Positions 23,537 through 33,320 of a stretch of DNA of 64,000 nucleotides are shown here, in pieces (positions within the stretch are counted from its first letter, which is position 1; every line of letters begins with the position of its first letter). The stretch lies in assembly GCA_022709425.1 (NCBI GenBank), contig JAKLIW010000001.1:17552-81551 (forward strand), in the 5' to 3' direction. A model generated the notes under the pieces. The model saw only the letters and a list, made by a program, of their open reading frames with translations, searched no databases and had not been told where the DNA came from. Origin of the DNA: a bacterium (GTDB lineage Bacteria; UBP6; UBA1177; JAKLFG01). The position numbers were made by a program, and so were the translations under genes.

Positions 23537-23833
23537 TCACCGACCGCGACGATCGACCTTCTTCTCCTTGGCCTTCTTAATCTGTTTTGATATTTTGTCA
23601 ACACAGAAGTCTATCGACCGATCGAATTCTTCGCTCGCGTCAATAGCAAAGTAGTCTTCCCCATTGTGGTTCAGCTTGATCTCGGTCTTCTTTTCATTTT
23701 TGTCCTTTACGAAGAATACCTCGACCTGAGTATTCTGCGTAATCAGCTTTTCCAGCTTGGTCAGTCTCTTTTCGGCGTACTCTTTAAGCCCCATGCTGTG
23801 ATCAAGACCGCGAAAAGAAAAATTGATGTTCAT
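23537..23833 (-). CDS. hpf: ribosome hibernation promoting factor / RaiA family
   Basis: 98 aa. MNINFSFRGLDHSMGLKEYAEKRLTKLEKL...VEVFFVKDKN is a typical short HPF/YfiA fold sequence. Confidence 0.8.
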   Translation of the reverse strand: MNINFSFRGLDHSMGLKEYAEKRLTKLEKLITQNTQVEVFFVKDKNEKKTEIKLNHNGEDYFAIDASEEFDRSIDFCVDKISKQIKKAKEKKVDRRGR

Positions 23834-23896
23834 CGAGTCCTCCTTTCAAAGAAGAAAGTGCTTTTTGATGGTAGCATGCCGGTCGGACTATGTCAA

Positions 23897-24718
23897 CTAA
23901 TCGCGACGACCGAAATGGAGTTTTCTCGCCAGCACATCGAAGAATGTCCGCCGCGAGCTGGGAACGAACTTAAGCATACGGGAAGATTCTTGCACCGACA
24001 AACGATCGCCCGCGATCAATGACGTTATCGACCGGCCGTCGATGGAAAGAACCCCGGAAGCCTCCTCTCCGAGGATGATCTCCAATTCGGAATTGCTGGG
24101 CAGGACCAGCGGACGATTCGTCAAGGCATGCGGGGCGACCGCATTCAGCACCATCGCGTGTTCGGTCGGAAAAAGTATCGGCCCATTGATGGACAGATTG
24201 TACGCGGTCGATCCGGTCGGTGTAGCCACAATAAGGCCATCTGCTTTGTAATGAGGAAGATTCATCCCCGCATAACGGAGGCCCAGATCCAACATGGGGG
24301 TGTCGTTGCATCGCATGATGAGCAATTCGTTGACCGCACTACCGTAGTGTAGCACACGGCCGTCCCGCGTCACCGAGACCGCAAGAACGATACGCTCCTG
24401 TACGCGCACGCGAGGTTCCATGATACGATGTATCTCATCGTGCTCATCGGGAGTTATCTCGGTTAAAAATCCGAGGCTTCCCGCATTCACGCCGGCCAAC
24501 GGCACATCGAGTTCAAGCGCCTCATAACTGGCATCCAGAAAGGTTCCATCGCCGCCGATAGCGATAATAAGACCGATGTCATAGGTCTTTTCGGGGTGGA
24601 TCAACACGGTAAGTCCTTTCTCTCGGGCCGCTGCACAGACCAGCGTCAATGCCCGTTCCACATCATCGGTTTTTCTTCCGTCCTTTCTGATATAAAGTAG
24701 AATGCCGGTTTTCATCAC
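23897..24718 (-). CDS. nadK: NAD(+) kinase
   Basis: GGDGTFL motif (IAIGGDGTFLDAS), the NE/D short motif and a conserved C-terminal DGLIVATPTGSTAYNLS. Confidence 0.8.
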   Translation of the reverse strand: MMKTGILLYIRKDGRKTDDVERALTLVCAAAREKGLTVLIHPEKTYDIGLIIAIGGDGTFLDASYEALELDVPLAGVNAGSLGFLTEITPDEHDEIHRIMEPRVRVQERIVLAVSVTRDGRVLHYGSAVNELLIMRCNDTPMLDLGLRYAGMNLPHYKADGLIVATPTGSTAYNLSINGPILFPTEHAMVLNAVAPHALTNRPLVLPSNSELEIILGEEASGVLSIDGRSITSLIAGDRLSVQESSRMLKFVPSSRRTFFDVLARKLHFGRRD

Positions 24719-26142
24719 TGCCTTGTTTTAAGTTTAACGAAAATTTTGTTGTCATTCGGATTCTCCGAGGGAACGAACGGCAACTCAGCCACCTTGTCCT
24801 CTTTGCGGAATTCAAAAACATAGGTACGTCCCTTGACCAGTTGCAATTCAACCGGCGTTCGGGCACCCGCATCGCGTCCATCAACAAAGATATCGGCCTC
24901 GGGAGGCATCGTAGCGATAAAAACCTGCACCGTATCTTTTTGGAAGGGGAAAAAGAGGTATACCCCCAGCGCCGCAAAGAACAAAACCAAGATCGCGACG
25001 GCGCCACCGATCGACCAGATCCAACTTCTCCTTTCGGCGCGACGCTCCTGCTGATCTTCCTCTTCCTCCTCCTTGCGTATGTGCTGGACGATCTCTTCTT
25101 GTTGAATACGTATTTTCTCGTTAAGATCGACTTCTTCTATCTCTCCGATGTCCTTGAATAATTCATCCATCAAGTAAGCCGCCTGCGCCTTCTCAAGGAT
25201 CCGATTCATCTTGATGAAGTGAGCGGCAAACTCTCGCTTGAGCACCGCCGTCAGCGATTCCACCTGCGGATTAAATTCACGCATGTTCTGGAATCGCTTG
25301 ATATCGTCCAACATCTCCGAAGCGCTGCCGTAGCGTCGTTCCCGATTTTTCTGGAGCGCCTTTTGCAGAATGAACCACAATTCGCGAGGAACCTGCGGAT
25401 TGATCGTGGTAATATCGGGTATCTCGTCATTGACAATGGCGTTAAGTATCGCGGCATCTGATTCCATTTGCTTGAAAAGCGACTTGCCTGCCAGCATCTC
25501 ATAAAGAATCACGGCGAAACTGAAAATGTCGCTACGACGATCAAGCGGCTTTTCCTGACACTGTTCGGGTGACAGATAGCCGTAGGTGCCCTGCACCGAT
25601 TGAAGATTGTTCTTGAGCACCTTGGTATAGGTGGCGTGCGCGATACCGAAGTCGACCAGCTTGATCTTGCCGTCATAGGATAAGAGTATGTTGTTGGGGT
25701 TCATGTCAAGATGAACGACGTTAAGGAACATCCCGTTGCGATCACGCGTATTGTGGGCATATTCAAGCCCGCTGAGAACGGCGGTGGCCACCTCAAGTAC
25801 ATTCTCCATGGGCAAGGTCTTTGCCTTTTGATCATATTTATTCAGAAGCTGTCCCAAGCTCTGCCCGAAAACATATTCCATGGCAATGTAGTAGGTCTCT
25901 TCGTTCTTACCGAAATCATATATCTTGACGATGTGCTCATGGGTGATGTTGCAGATGATCCGCGCTTCGGCAAGGAACATCTTGATGAATGCCTGATTGT
26001 TGTTGAACTGCTTAAGTATCCGCTTTATCGCGATCGGCATGCTGGTGACGGGTGAATTGGTGTGCTTGGCAAGGAATATTTCGGCCATACCGCCGGTCGC
26101 TATCTTGTGGATGAGTTGGTATTCGCCGAACCGTTCAAGCAT
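24715..26142 (-). CDS. serine/threonine protein kinase with a C-terminal TM segment and extracytoplasmic tail
   Basis: Hanks kinase motifs: VAIKRI (catalytic Lys region), HLDMNPNNILL, DFGIA, GTYGYLSPEQ. A TM segment (WIWSIGGAVAILVLFFAALGVYLFF) lies near the C-terminus. Confidence 0.8.
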   Translation of the reverse strand: MLERFGEYQLIHKIATGGMAEIFLAKHTNSPVTSMPIAIKRILKQFNNNQAFIKMFLAEARIICNITHEHIVKIYDFGKNEETYYIAMEYVFGQSLGQLLNKYDQKAKTLPMENVLEVATAVLSGLEYAHNTRDRNGMFLNVVHLDMNPNNILLSYDGKIKLVDFGIAHATYTKVLKNNLQSVQGTYGYLSPEQCQEKPLDRRSDIFSFAVILYEMLAGKSLFKQMESDAAILNAIVNDEIPDITTINPQVPRELWFILQKALQKNRERRYGSASEMLDDIKRFQNMREFNPQVESLTAVLKREFAAHFIKMNRILEKAQAAYLMDELFKDIGEIEEVDLNEKIRIQQEEIVQHIRKEEEEEDQQERRAERRSWIWSIGGAVAILVLFFAALGVYLFFPFQKDTVQVFIATMPPEADIFVDGRDAGARTPVELQLVKGRTYVFEFRKEDKVAELPFVPSENPNDNKIFVKLKTRQ

Positions 26143-26158
26143 GGTGACCGCCTCCCTT

Positions 26159-27763
26159 TTACTGTTTCGGCGCCGGTGCCGTTACCGGCTCGATAAGGCC
26201 GGACAGAAAATCGGCAATGACACGTTCAGTATTCTCTTCCGAGAGTCTCAAGGTCCGACAATAACTCCTGAGGAAACCTTTTAGATAGGTCGTCGCCGGT
26301 AGATTCCGGTGATCGTCGGTCTCGATCGATCGAAGCACCATTTGAGAGATGCGGGTCTTTTCGCATACCGACTTTAAACCGACACCCAATTCTTCGCGCA
26401 ACGCCTTAAGGTCAGAACCGGCAATGCGGCGATCAGCAAATTTTTCGAAAAGCATATTGGCGTCCTGTCCGTCAAACTTCTCGGGAGTCGTCTGCGACTC
26501 TTCCGCCTCGCGCCCGAAAACATCGCGCTTGACGAGTTTGGGGCCGCTTTTTTTCTGGCGATTGTATTTGCGTATCACCTCGCGCAGATCGAAACCTTCC
26601 GGCAACGATTGCTCGAGCATTTCGGGCGCCTGACCACCCCCCATATCATATTCACGTTTGACATCGGGATCCATGAGATTCTGGTAAACACTCTCGAAGA
26701 GCCGCGTATATATGAACAGGCTGTCAGGATCAAACATGTCTCGCATCAGAGGATTTTGCGAAAAATAGACCGCGCGGAGTTTTTCGTACTGGGCGCGGAT
26801 ATCCTGTGCGCTCGACCCCCGCTGAACACCCAACATCTCATAGTAGGTCAACGGCAAGAAGCGGTTCGTCGTGGGATGATCCCGTTTGGTGGCGAGAGTC
26901 AGAACCCGACCTGCAATAAGATCGAGCATCTCGATAAATTCACCTCCGCGCTCACTGGTAACGGTGGGCGCCATCGTCTGGGCCGATGCTTGGATGACCT
27001 CCGAAAAAAGAATATCGCCGAGGCCCCGGAGATCAAAACCATAGTAGTTGCGGATAACCAGCGGATATATATCTTTGAGCTCCGCTTCCGACGAAGTGCG
27101 CAACATATTAAAAACAACGCCGATACGCAGACGACCGACGATATCGGAGAAATGTCGACGCGCCTTGGGCAATTCCTCCGCCAAGGAGAGCAGGAGATTA
27201 CGCGCCGAATAGAGATGTTCAGTGCGATCGCGCTGGAGCTCCTGAAGCACCGATGCGATATCTAATTTCTGCACCATCGCATCGAGTTGCGTATGGAAGA
27301 AAGTGCGGAATAAATGGTTCGTCTTTTCGATACTGACCGGGTCGGGCGTGACGAAAAGAATGTTCATGTCGGCCAAATAGGCGGTCGCAACGAGGTCATG
27401 ATCGAGGTGAGAGCCCATGTCGATAAGCAGGAAATCGAACCCGCTCTTCTTGAGTTCCGCTTCCCACTTAACGAGATATTCGGCGACACAGGAACTCTTC
27501 TGGGGACACCTCAGCGATGAAAAAAACTTGAGATTGGGGTAATCGGTGTCGATGAGGGGCAGTACTGAAAAGAAATCGGGAACGGTCCGCGACAGCGCCC
27601 AGCTCGGTATATTGAGATATGCGTGCAATGTACCGCCGTTGGGCGCCGCATCGATAAGCAACACCTTTTTCCCCTTCTGGGCGAGATATATGGCAAGGTT
27701 CGCCGTCATTACGGAAGTGCCGGCACCGCCCTTGGCCGAGAAGGTGGATATGACCTTGGTCAT
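26159..27763 (-). CDS. ParA/MinD-type ATPase fused to a DnaJ (J) domain and a C-terminal HTH-like region
   Basis: N-terminal deviant Walker A (FSAKGGAGTSVMTANLAIYLAQKGKKVLLID). Central J-domain-like YYEMLGVQRGSSAQDIRAQYEKLRAVYFSQNP. C-terminal RISQMVLRSIETDDHRNL (RodZ/XRE-like helix). Confidence 0.55.
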   Translation of the reverse strand: MTKVISTFSAKGGAGTSVMTANLAIYLAQKGKKVLLIDAAPNGGTLHAYLNIPSWALSRTVPDFFSVLPLIDTDYPNLKFFSSLRCPQKSSCVAEYLVKWEAELKKSGFDFLLIDMGSHLDHDLVATAYLADMNILFVTPDPVSIEKTNHLFRTFFHTQLDAMVQKLDIASVLQELQRDRTEHLYSARNLLLSLAEELPKARRHFSDIVGRLRIGVVFNMLRTSSEAELKDIYPLVIRNYYGFDLRGLGDILFSEVIQASAQTMAPTVTSERGGEFIEMLDLIAGRVLTLATKRDHPTTNRFLPLTYYEMLGVQRGSSAQDIRAQYEKLRAVYFSQNPLMRDMFDPDSLFIYTRLFESVYQNLMDPDVKREYDMGGGQAPEMLEQSLPEGFDLREVIRKYNRQKKSGPKLVKRDVFGREAEESQTTPEKFDGQDANMLFEKFADRRIAGSDLKALREELGVGLKSVCEKTRISQMVLRSIETDDHRNLPATTYLKGFLRSYCRTLRLSEENTERVIADFLSGLIEPVTAPAPKQ

Positions 27764-30700
27764 GGCGCCGTACCTCGCAATTTGTTCTCTTGTTCTATGA
27801 CCGCCGCCGCCGCCGCGCGAAAGGCGGGATAGTCCTTGGAGGAGATCGCCGGCGCACGCAGTTCCAATGTCGCCCGGAGTGCGCCGCCATCATCCGGCGC
27901 AATGCGCCACACGAAAAATTCATTCTCCATCGTGACCGGAGCGGGCGGCACCGCGATACCGGACACCCGCGCATCCCACAGGGAAATCCGATCCGAAAGC
28001 TGAATATCGTATCTCCGCTCTTGGGCTTCGGCTAAACGCCCCAGAACGGTCGTTGCAAGCGCAGGGAAGAATGGTTGCGCGACGCAGGCCACGACGAGCG
28101 GTTCGGCATACTGATCGCCCGATAAAGCGCACTGCCCAACCGCAACGGGCGCCCCCGCCATCTTTGAGATCAGCGTGCTGAAATAAGCGAACGGGTCGCT
28201 GTCCGATGCAAAACGATAGCGTCCATTCGACGCCGCAGAACCCGTGAGCGACAGCTGTGCCGCGCCGTCTTCTTTTATGGTGAGAGAAACGGTGTTCTGT
28301 AGGCCAGAGGCGACCGTGACGAAGGCATGCCCTCCTTTCTGTTCCTCCACAACAAAAGCTGCGGTCTTCTCCAGTTCGGGATTGATCCCGCGATAGTGGT
28401 CGTAACTGGAGGTGGCGTCGACAAAATAACCGGCCGGAATGCCGGTCTGCGGCGGTATATAGACCAGCGCATGATCGAACTGCATCGAAGGAAGTTCTTG
28501 GATAACGGAGCCGAACCGCAGACTTTTCGCCAGCGCGTAACGCGACTCGATGCCGGCATATTCAAGCATGAGTTTAAGCAACAATGCCTTGTCTTTACAG
28601 TCACCCGCCTTTTCGGTGAAGGTTCGGCTCGTTCTTTCCGGCTTCACCTTATCGATACCGTTATCGTCCGAAAGGTAGCGCACCTGACGCGCCACCCAAT
28701 CGCGGATCACTTCGACCCGCTTCTCGGGATCGGCGATGCCTTGCGTGATATCCATAACACGCCGCTCGATATCGGGCGAGGGATCGGACTGTTGGCGGAT
28801 GAACAGCGCCTGCCAACGCCCCAGATCATCCCACGAACGGACCGTCGTGTAAGAGAACATCGGCAGTTCATCGACCATGGGCGGCATCTCTTCCTCGCGC
28901 GGCGCCTGATGCAACCCGAAGGATTCAAAACTGCGGATCACTCCGTCGGCGTCATCGGCCTTCGTCTCCGTTGCCGGTCCGCGTACATGGAAAAGCATCG
29001 GCATGTCCTTGGGCGACCGCAGTACTATGCGGCTGTGCAGATTGTAGACCCCTTCCGAAGCGAAGAACCAGCGGAAATCGGTACCGCCGAGCCACGAACG
29101 CGGCCCCTCCGACGATTCCATTACGAAATCGATAACGTCACCCGGCATCGTGTCGAGAAAATAAAGATTCGCCGCATCGGCGCGCCATCCCGGGATCGAA
29201 GTTCCATCGAGCTTGACCACCCGCGCCGACAAGACACGCCCGTAGTTGGCGACCGTGGAGAATTCGCGCACCCCCTCGTCGTTATTGAGAGCAATGGTCA
29301 TGCGGAATCGCGAACGAACGCTGCCGCTGTAGTGTATCTGCTGGATGCCTTCGTCGTAGATAATGGTGTACTTCTGAGGATATTTCGCGGCCTCTTTGCG
29401 GAATGCCGCGATCTTCTGATCGACCGCCGGATCGGCGAGAGCCTGCTTGATAAACAGGTCGGCCGCCGTCGCCGCGCCCACTGAATCAAGTCGATCCGCA
29501 TAGTCCTGCGATTCGGGAGACAGATCGTACGCTCGACGGAAGGCGATCGTTGCCGCAGGCTTATCGCCGTCAAGCAATAGCGCGTCCCCAAGACGCACCC
29601 AGAGATCGGCCGCCTCGGGATTGCGCTCCAATGCTCCGCGCAGGATGCGCGCCGCTTTGCCCCAGTTGGCATCGGAGATGTATGCCTCCGCGAGCATCCG
29701 TTGATGATCGATATTGTGCGGATCAAGTTCCACGAGCTGTTTGACCACCCGCATGATGCCCGACAGATCGCCCGACTCGCGGTAAAGTTCCGCAAGTCGC
29801 GACAGGGTCGGCTGATATCCGGGCATCAGGCGCACCGCCTTTTGTCGTATCCGCGCCGCCTTGCCGATATCGCCCATCGCATGCCACGAATCGGAGGAAT
29901 AATAATAGGCGACCGGATGATCCTCGTAGCGCTGGACCAACGTTTCGGCGTTCGCGATATCGGCGGCGTACCACTTCTTGGCGAAATAGAGATCGGCCAT
30001 CCGCAGGAGCCACGGCAACTCGGTCCGCTCGCGCCCCTCTTCCGATTCGACCACTCGACGCAGAGCGGCATCGTCGCCCATATCTTGATACACCTCTATC
30101 AGATCGCTCTTGATCAGTATCAGATCGGGACGTTCCCGAGCCACGAACGATAGGATCGACCCGGCACTCTGATCGTTACCAGCGCGCCGGTAATTCCGAG
30201 CGGTGTGAAACAGCGGTCCCGGCGACCGACTGCCGTTGACCGAGGCATAGAAACCCTCCCAATCGGCGATACCGGCATCGGCATACAGCAGTTCGCGGGC
30301 CAAGAGTCGCAGGTAGGCCGATAAACGGTCGTCGCCTTCGCGCGTCGCGGTGATATCGTCATCCCGAGAAGGTTGATCTTCCTCGCCGTCATTGAAGAAG
30401 AGGAGCGATGCATATCCGTCATCGGAAAGGTAAGGCGCCAACTTCAAGAGGATCGTATGCTTCCCCTTCGCCAAATCAATGCGGGCCACGCCGGAGATCA
30501 GTCCGACCGAGAGGCGGTCGGCATCGCGTTCAAGCACTACTTTTCCGTCGACATAAAGGCGGAAGGGTACGGTGATGTAGGGAAGTATCGTTACCGTCGC
30601 CTCTTCGGGGAGAGATATCTCGCCTGCGGCGAAAAACACGGCGTTGCGCACCGGGAAAAAATAGTTGCGCAGATCGAAGGCCGACAGCCCATCGGGCAGT

Positions 30701-31335
30701 TCGACGGCGCGAGCGTCGAGGGGGTTAAGCGGTGTCCCGGCGATATAGGCATTCTCTTCGGCCGATACCGCCGCCAGATCGCGAAAAGCCGAACTGTCGG
30801 CGGCGCGGAACAGGCGGAACGCCGACCAATGACGAAGTTGTTCCTCCTGACGACGCGCATCCCACGGCCGCTTAGTGGCACGCGCCCATTCGAGCGATTC
30901 AGAAGAGATAACGGCGCGGCAGAGCGCCGCGACGCAGGAGGGATCGACCCGGGAAAGCTCGATGGCGAGCGGCCGGCTGACGTACAGATCCCGGATGAGT
31001 TGCAGCGCCGCGAGCGCCGCCAAGGTATCGCGACCGCGCAAAGCGGCCAGCAGGTAGGGCGTCGCCGCTTCATGGTCTCCGGCCAAATAGAGCGACTCGC
31101 CTACGATGAACTGCGCGACATCGGCGCCTTCGGTTTCCCGTTCAAGTACGGCGCGAGCGCTCTTCACCGCCGCATCCCAATCGGAAAAATAGGCATCGCG
31201 CATCTGCTGTTCAAGAAGGCGCACCTCGGCCTGCGCCGTCTCGCGGGAGACCCCGCCGAAAAAGGCGCAACCGCTCAACTCAAGCGCGATCAGCAACAGC
31301 GTGACGGCGCGTAAAAGTCCTGATGTTCTCTTCAT
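27760..31335 (-). CDS. large lipoprotein with TPR repeats and a transglutaminase-like cysteine protease domain (1191 aa)
   Basis: Lipobox LELSGCAFF. Central TPR block (WGKAARILRGALERNPEAADLW...). C-terminal GDCKDKALLLKLMLEYAGIES...FDHALVYIP, resembling the Cys-His-Asp transglutaminase-like core with DUF3857-like flanks. Confidence 0.5.
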   Translation of the reverse strand: MKRTSGLLRAVTLLLIALELSGCAFFGGVSRETAQAEVRLLEQQMRDAYFSDWDAAVKSARAVLERETEGADVAQFIVGESLYLAGDHEAATPYLLAALRGRDTLAALAALQLIRDLYVSRPLAIELSRVDPSCVAALCRAVISSESLEWARATKRPWDARRQEEQLRHWSAFRLFRAADSSAFRDLAAVSAEENAYIAGTPLNPLDARAVELPDGLSAFDLRNYFFPVRNAVFFAAGEISLPEEATVTILPYITVPFRLYVDGKVVLERDADRLSVGLISGVARIDLAKGKHTILLKLAPYLSDDGYASLLFFNDGEEDQPSRDDDITATREGDDRLSAYLRLLARELLYADAGIADWEGFYASVNGSRSPGPLFHTARNYRRAGNDQSAGSILSFVARERPDLILIKSDLIEVYQDMGDDAALRRVVESEEGRERTELPWLLRMADLYFAKKWYAADIANAETLVQRYEDHPVAYYYSSDSWHAMGDIGKAARIRQKAVRLMPGYQPTLSRLAELYRESGDLSGIMRVVKQLVELDPHNIDHQRMLAEAYISDANWGKAARILRGALERNPEAADLWVRLGDALLLDGDKPAATIAFRRAYDLSPESQDYADRLDSVGAATAADLFIKQALADPAVDQKIAAFRKEAAKYPQKYTIIYDEGIQQIHYSGSVRSRFRMTIALNNDEGVREFSTVANYGRVLSARVVKLDGTSIPGWRADAANLYFLDTMPGDVIDFVMESSEGPRSWLGGTDFRWFFASEGVYNLHSRIVLRSPKDMPMLFHVRGPATETKADDADGVIRSFESFGLHQAPREEEMPPMVDELPMFSYTTVRSWDDLGRWQALFIRQQSDPSPDIERRVMDITQGIADPEKRVEVIRDWVARQVRYLSDDNGIDKVKPERTSRTFTEKAGDCKDKALLLKLMLEYAGIESRYALAKSLRFGSVIQELPSMQFDHALVYIPPQTGIPAGYFVDATSSYDHYRGINPELEKTAAFVVEEQKGGHAFVTVASGLQNTVSLTIKEDGAAQLSLTGSAASNGRYRFASDSDPFAYFSTLISKMAGAPVAVGQCALSGDQYAEPLVVACVAQPFFPALATTVLGRLAEAQERRYDIQLSDRISLWDARVSGIAVPPAPVTMENEFFVWRIAPDDGGALRATLELRAPAISSKDYPAFRAAAAAVIEQENKLRGTAP

Positions 31336-32368
31336 CTATGCTACCCTCAATGACCCCATGTTCGGTCACAACCGCCGTGACCAGCCGGTGCGGAACCACA
31401 TCGAACCCGAGATGCAGCCCGGAGCTCGCCGCCGGTGCGATGCGCCGCCCGTTGAACACGAGCAACTCATCGTCCGCCCGCTCCTCGATGACTATATGCG
31501 TCCCGTCCGCGATCGTCAGGTCGAAACTCTCCAGCGGCAGAACCGGCGCGAAGGGTATCCCGTGATACCCCGCCGCCACGGCAAGTCCGTAGGTCCCTAT
31601 CTTGTTGGCGTAGTCACCGTTCGCCGCCATCCGATCGACCCCGGTCAGCACCACATCGACCTGCCCCCGCGCCATGAGATAGGCGGCGGTCGAATCGGTG
31701 ATGACGGTGTGCGGTATCCCCTCCTCGGCGCATTCGAAAGCCGTTAGGCGCGCCCCCTGCAGATAGGGCCGCGTTTCGTCGACCCACACCTGTTCGAGCA
31801 GTCCCGCCGCATGAAGCGACCGTATCACCCCGAGCGCCGTTCCATGGCCGCAGGTCGCCAGCGCGCCGGTGTTGCAGTGGGTCAGCACCCGGAGCCGCTT
31901 GTCGGGTAGCAGGCGCCTCAGCCAATCAACACCATGTTGCGCCATGCGCCGGTTGCGGTCATGATCGCGCCAGTGTATCTCGAGCGACCGGCGCTGCATC
32001 AGGGCGAACTGTTCCGCCGCCGTAGCGCACCCGGCCACCTCTTCGTCGTAAAAGGAGCGCATCTCGTCCAGCACCGCCATGAGATTCACCGCCGTCGGCC
32101 GGGCCGACCCGAGCGATGCGCAGACCGACGCGAAGACCGCCGGTTCGACCGGTTCTTCGGCGCCGCGGAAGGCAAGCGCCGCACCGGCCGATGCCGCCGC
32201 CCCGATGAGCGGCGCGCCGCGCAGACGCATCATCACGATGGCCTCGCGCACCTCCGACGGACTTTTCAGGCGCAGATACCGTTTATGCGCCGGCAGTTCG
32301 AGCTGGTCAAGGACGACGTATTCGTCCCCCTCCCAGAATGTCGCAACAAGGTTACTGTCCCTGTCCAT
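31280..32368 (-). CDS. mtnA: S-methyl-5-thioribose-1-phosphate isomerase (eIF-2B alpha/beta/delta family)
   Basis: Probable start MDRDSNLVATFWEGDEYVVLDQ. LRGAPLIGAAASAGAALAF and ...THCNTGALAT... motifs typical of the MtnA/e2B2 family. Confidence 0.65.
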   Translation of the reverse strand: MDRDSNLVATFWEGDEYVVLDQLELPAHKRYLRLKSPSEVREAIVMMRLRGAPLIGAAASAGAALAFRGAEEPVEPAVFASVCASLGSARPTAVNLMAVLDEMRSFYDEEVAGCATAAEQFALMQRRSLEIHWRDHDRNRRMAQHGVDWLRRLLPDKRLRVLTHCNTGALATCGHGTALGVIRSLHAAGLLEQVWVDETRPYLQGARLTAFECAEEGIPHTVITDSTAAYLMARGQVDVVLTGVDRMAANGDYANKIGTYGLAVAAGYHGIPFAPVLPLESFDLTIADGTHIVIEERADDELLVFNGRRIAPAASSGLHLGFDVVPHRLVTAVVTEHGVIEGSIDEENIRTFTRRHAVADRA

Positions 32369-33293
32369 CGCCCGCCGTTTGCTCCATACCCGGAAGTATG
32401 CCGTTGAGATATCCGCCCTTGAACAGTATGACCACCGCAAGTATCAGGGCGATGATGACGACCAGAAGCAACAGCAGATTCCGGCGGCCGCGCTGTACGC
32501 GCCGCGTCTTCTCGACCTGCTTGGTCACTTCGGTCACCTCGTCCTCGTCACGCAGGGTCTTTATCTTTTTCCCTTCTATCTCTTCGCGCAACTTGCGGCG
32601 CCGCTCCTCTTCCGCCGCAACCAAGTATTCATAAGGGCTGTACTGGTTCCCCTTCTCAATGTAGTCGAACAGGAATTCGCCGATCTTCACCTCGTCGCCG
32701 TGTCGCAGATCGATCGACTGAACCTCCATACCGTTGACCACGAGCGGATAGTTCTTGTCTCGGGTGCCGCTGATGAGCAGATAAATGTTACCATCAAAGA
32801 TGATCTTCGCGTAGACGTCGGGAATATCGGGGTGGAACAGATACACATCGGCGCCGGCGTGCGATCCGATGACCGTTTCCGCCCCCTTCACGGCGAAGGC
32901 GCGGCCGCCGATGGCGCCGTTCTTCGCCAGAAGCACCTCGGTTTCTGCTACGCGGACCACATTCTCTATCTCGCGGGTCTTGGCCGGCCCCTCCTCCTCC
33001 TCGTCACGCTCGAGATAAATATTGTAGTCGCCGACCGTGATGATGTCGCCGACGAATATCTCGACCTTGCGTTGCAGTTCCTTCGCGTTGACATAGGTCG
33101 CATTGTAGGAACCGCGATCCTCCACGACGATACGGTCGTCGATGAGTTCGAGTTGGAAGTGATGCCGCGAGACATTCCGCTCGGGCAGGACCAGATCGTT
33201 ATCAGTCGCCCGGCCCACCGTGATCAGGTCGGTGGCAAAACCATGTACCGATAGTTCATTGCGATCATTCTCAACGACGAGTTTCAGACCCAT
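32352..33293 (-). CDS. tandem FHA-domain protein with a C-terminal TM anchor
   Basis: Two FHA cores (ITVGRATDNDLVLPERNVSRHHFQL; TVIGSHAGADVYLFHPDIPDVYAKI). C-terminal hydrophobic helix LLLLLVVIIALILAVVILF. Confidence 0.7.
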   Translation of the reverse strand: MGLKLVVENDRNELSVHGFATDLITVGRATDNDLVLPERNVSRHHFQLELIDDRIVVEDRGSYNATYVNAKELQRKVEIFVGDIITVGDYNIYLERDEEEEGPAKTREIENVVRVAETEVLLAKNGAIGGRAFAVKGAETVIGSHAGADVYLFHPDIPDVYAKIIFDGNIYLLISGTRDKNYPLVVNGMEVQSIDLRHGDEVKIGEFLFDYIEKGNQYSPYEYLVAAEEERRRKLREEIEGKKIKTLRDEDEVTEVTKQVEKTRRVQRGRRNLLLLLVVIIALILAVVILFKGGYLNGILPGMEQTAGDGQGQ

Positions 33294-33320
33294 GACGCCC
33301 CTTCTCCTGAATGCTAGCGG

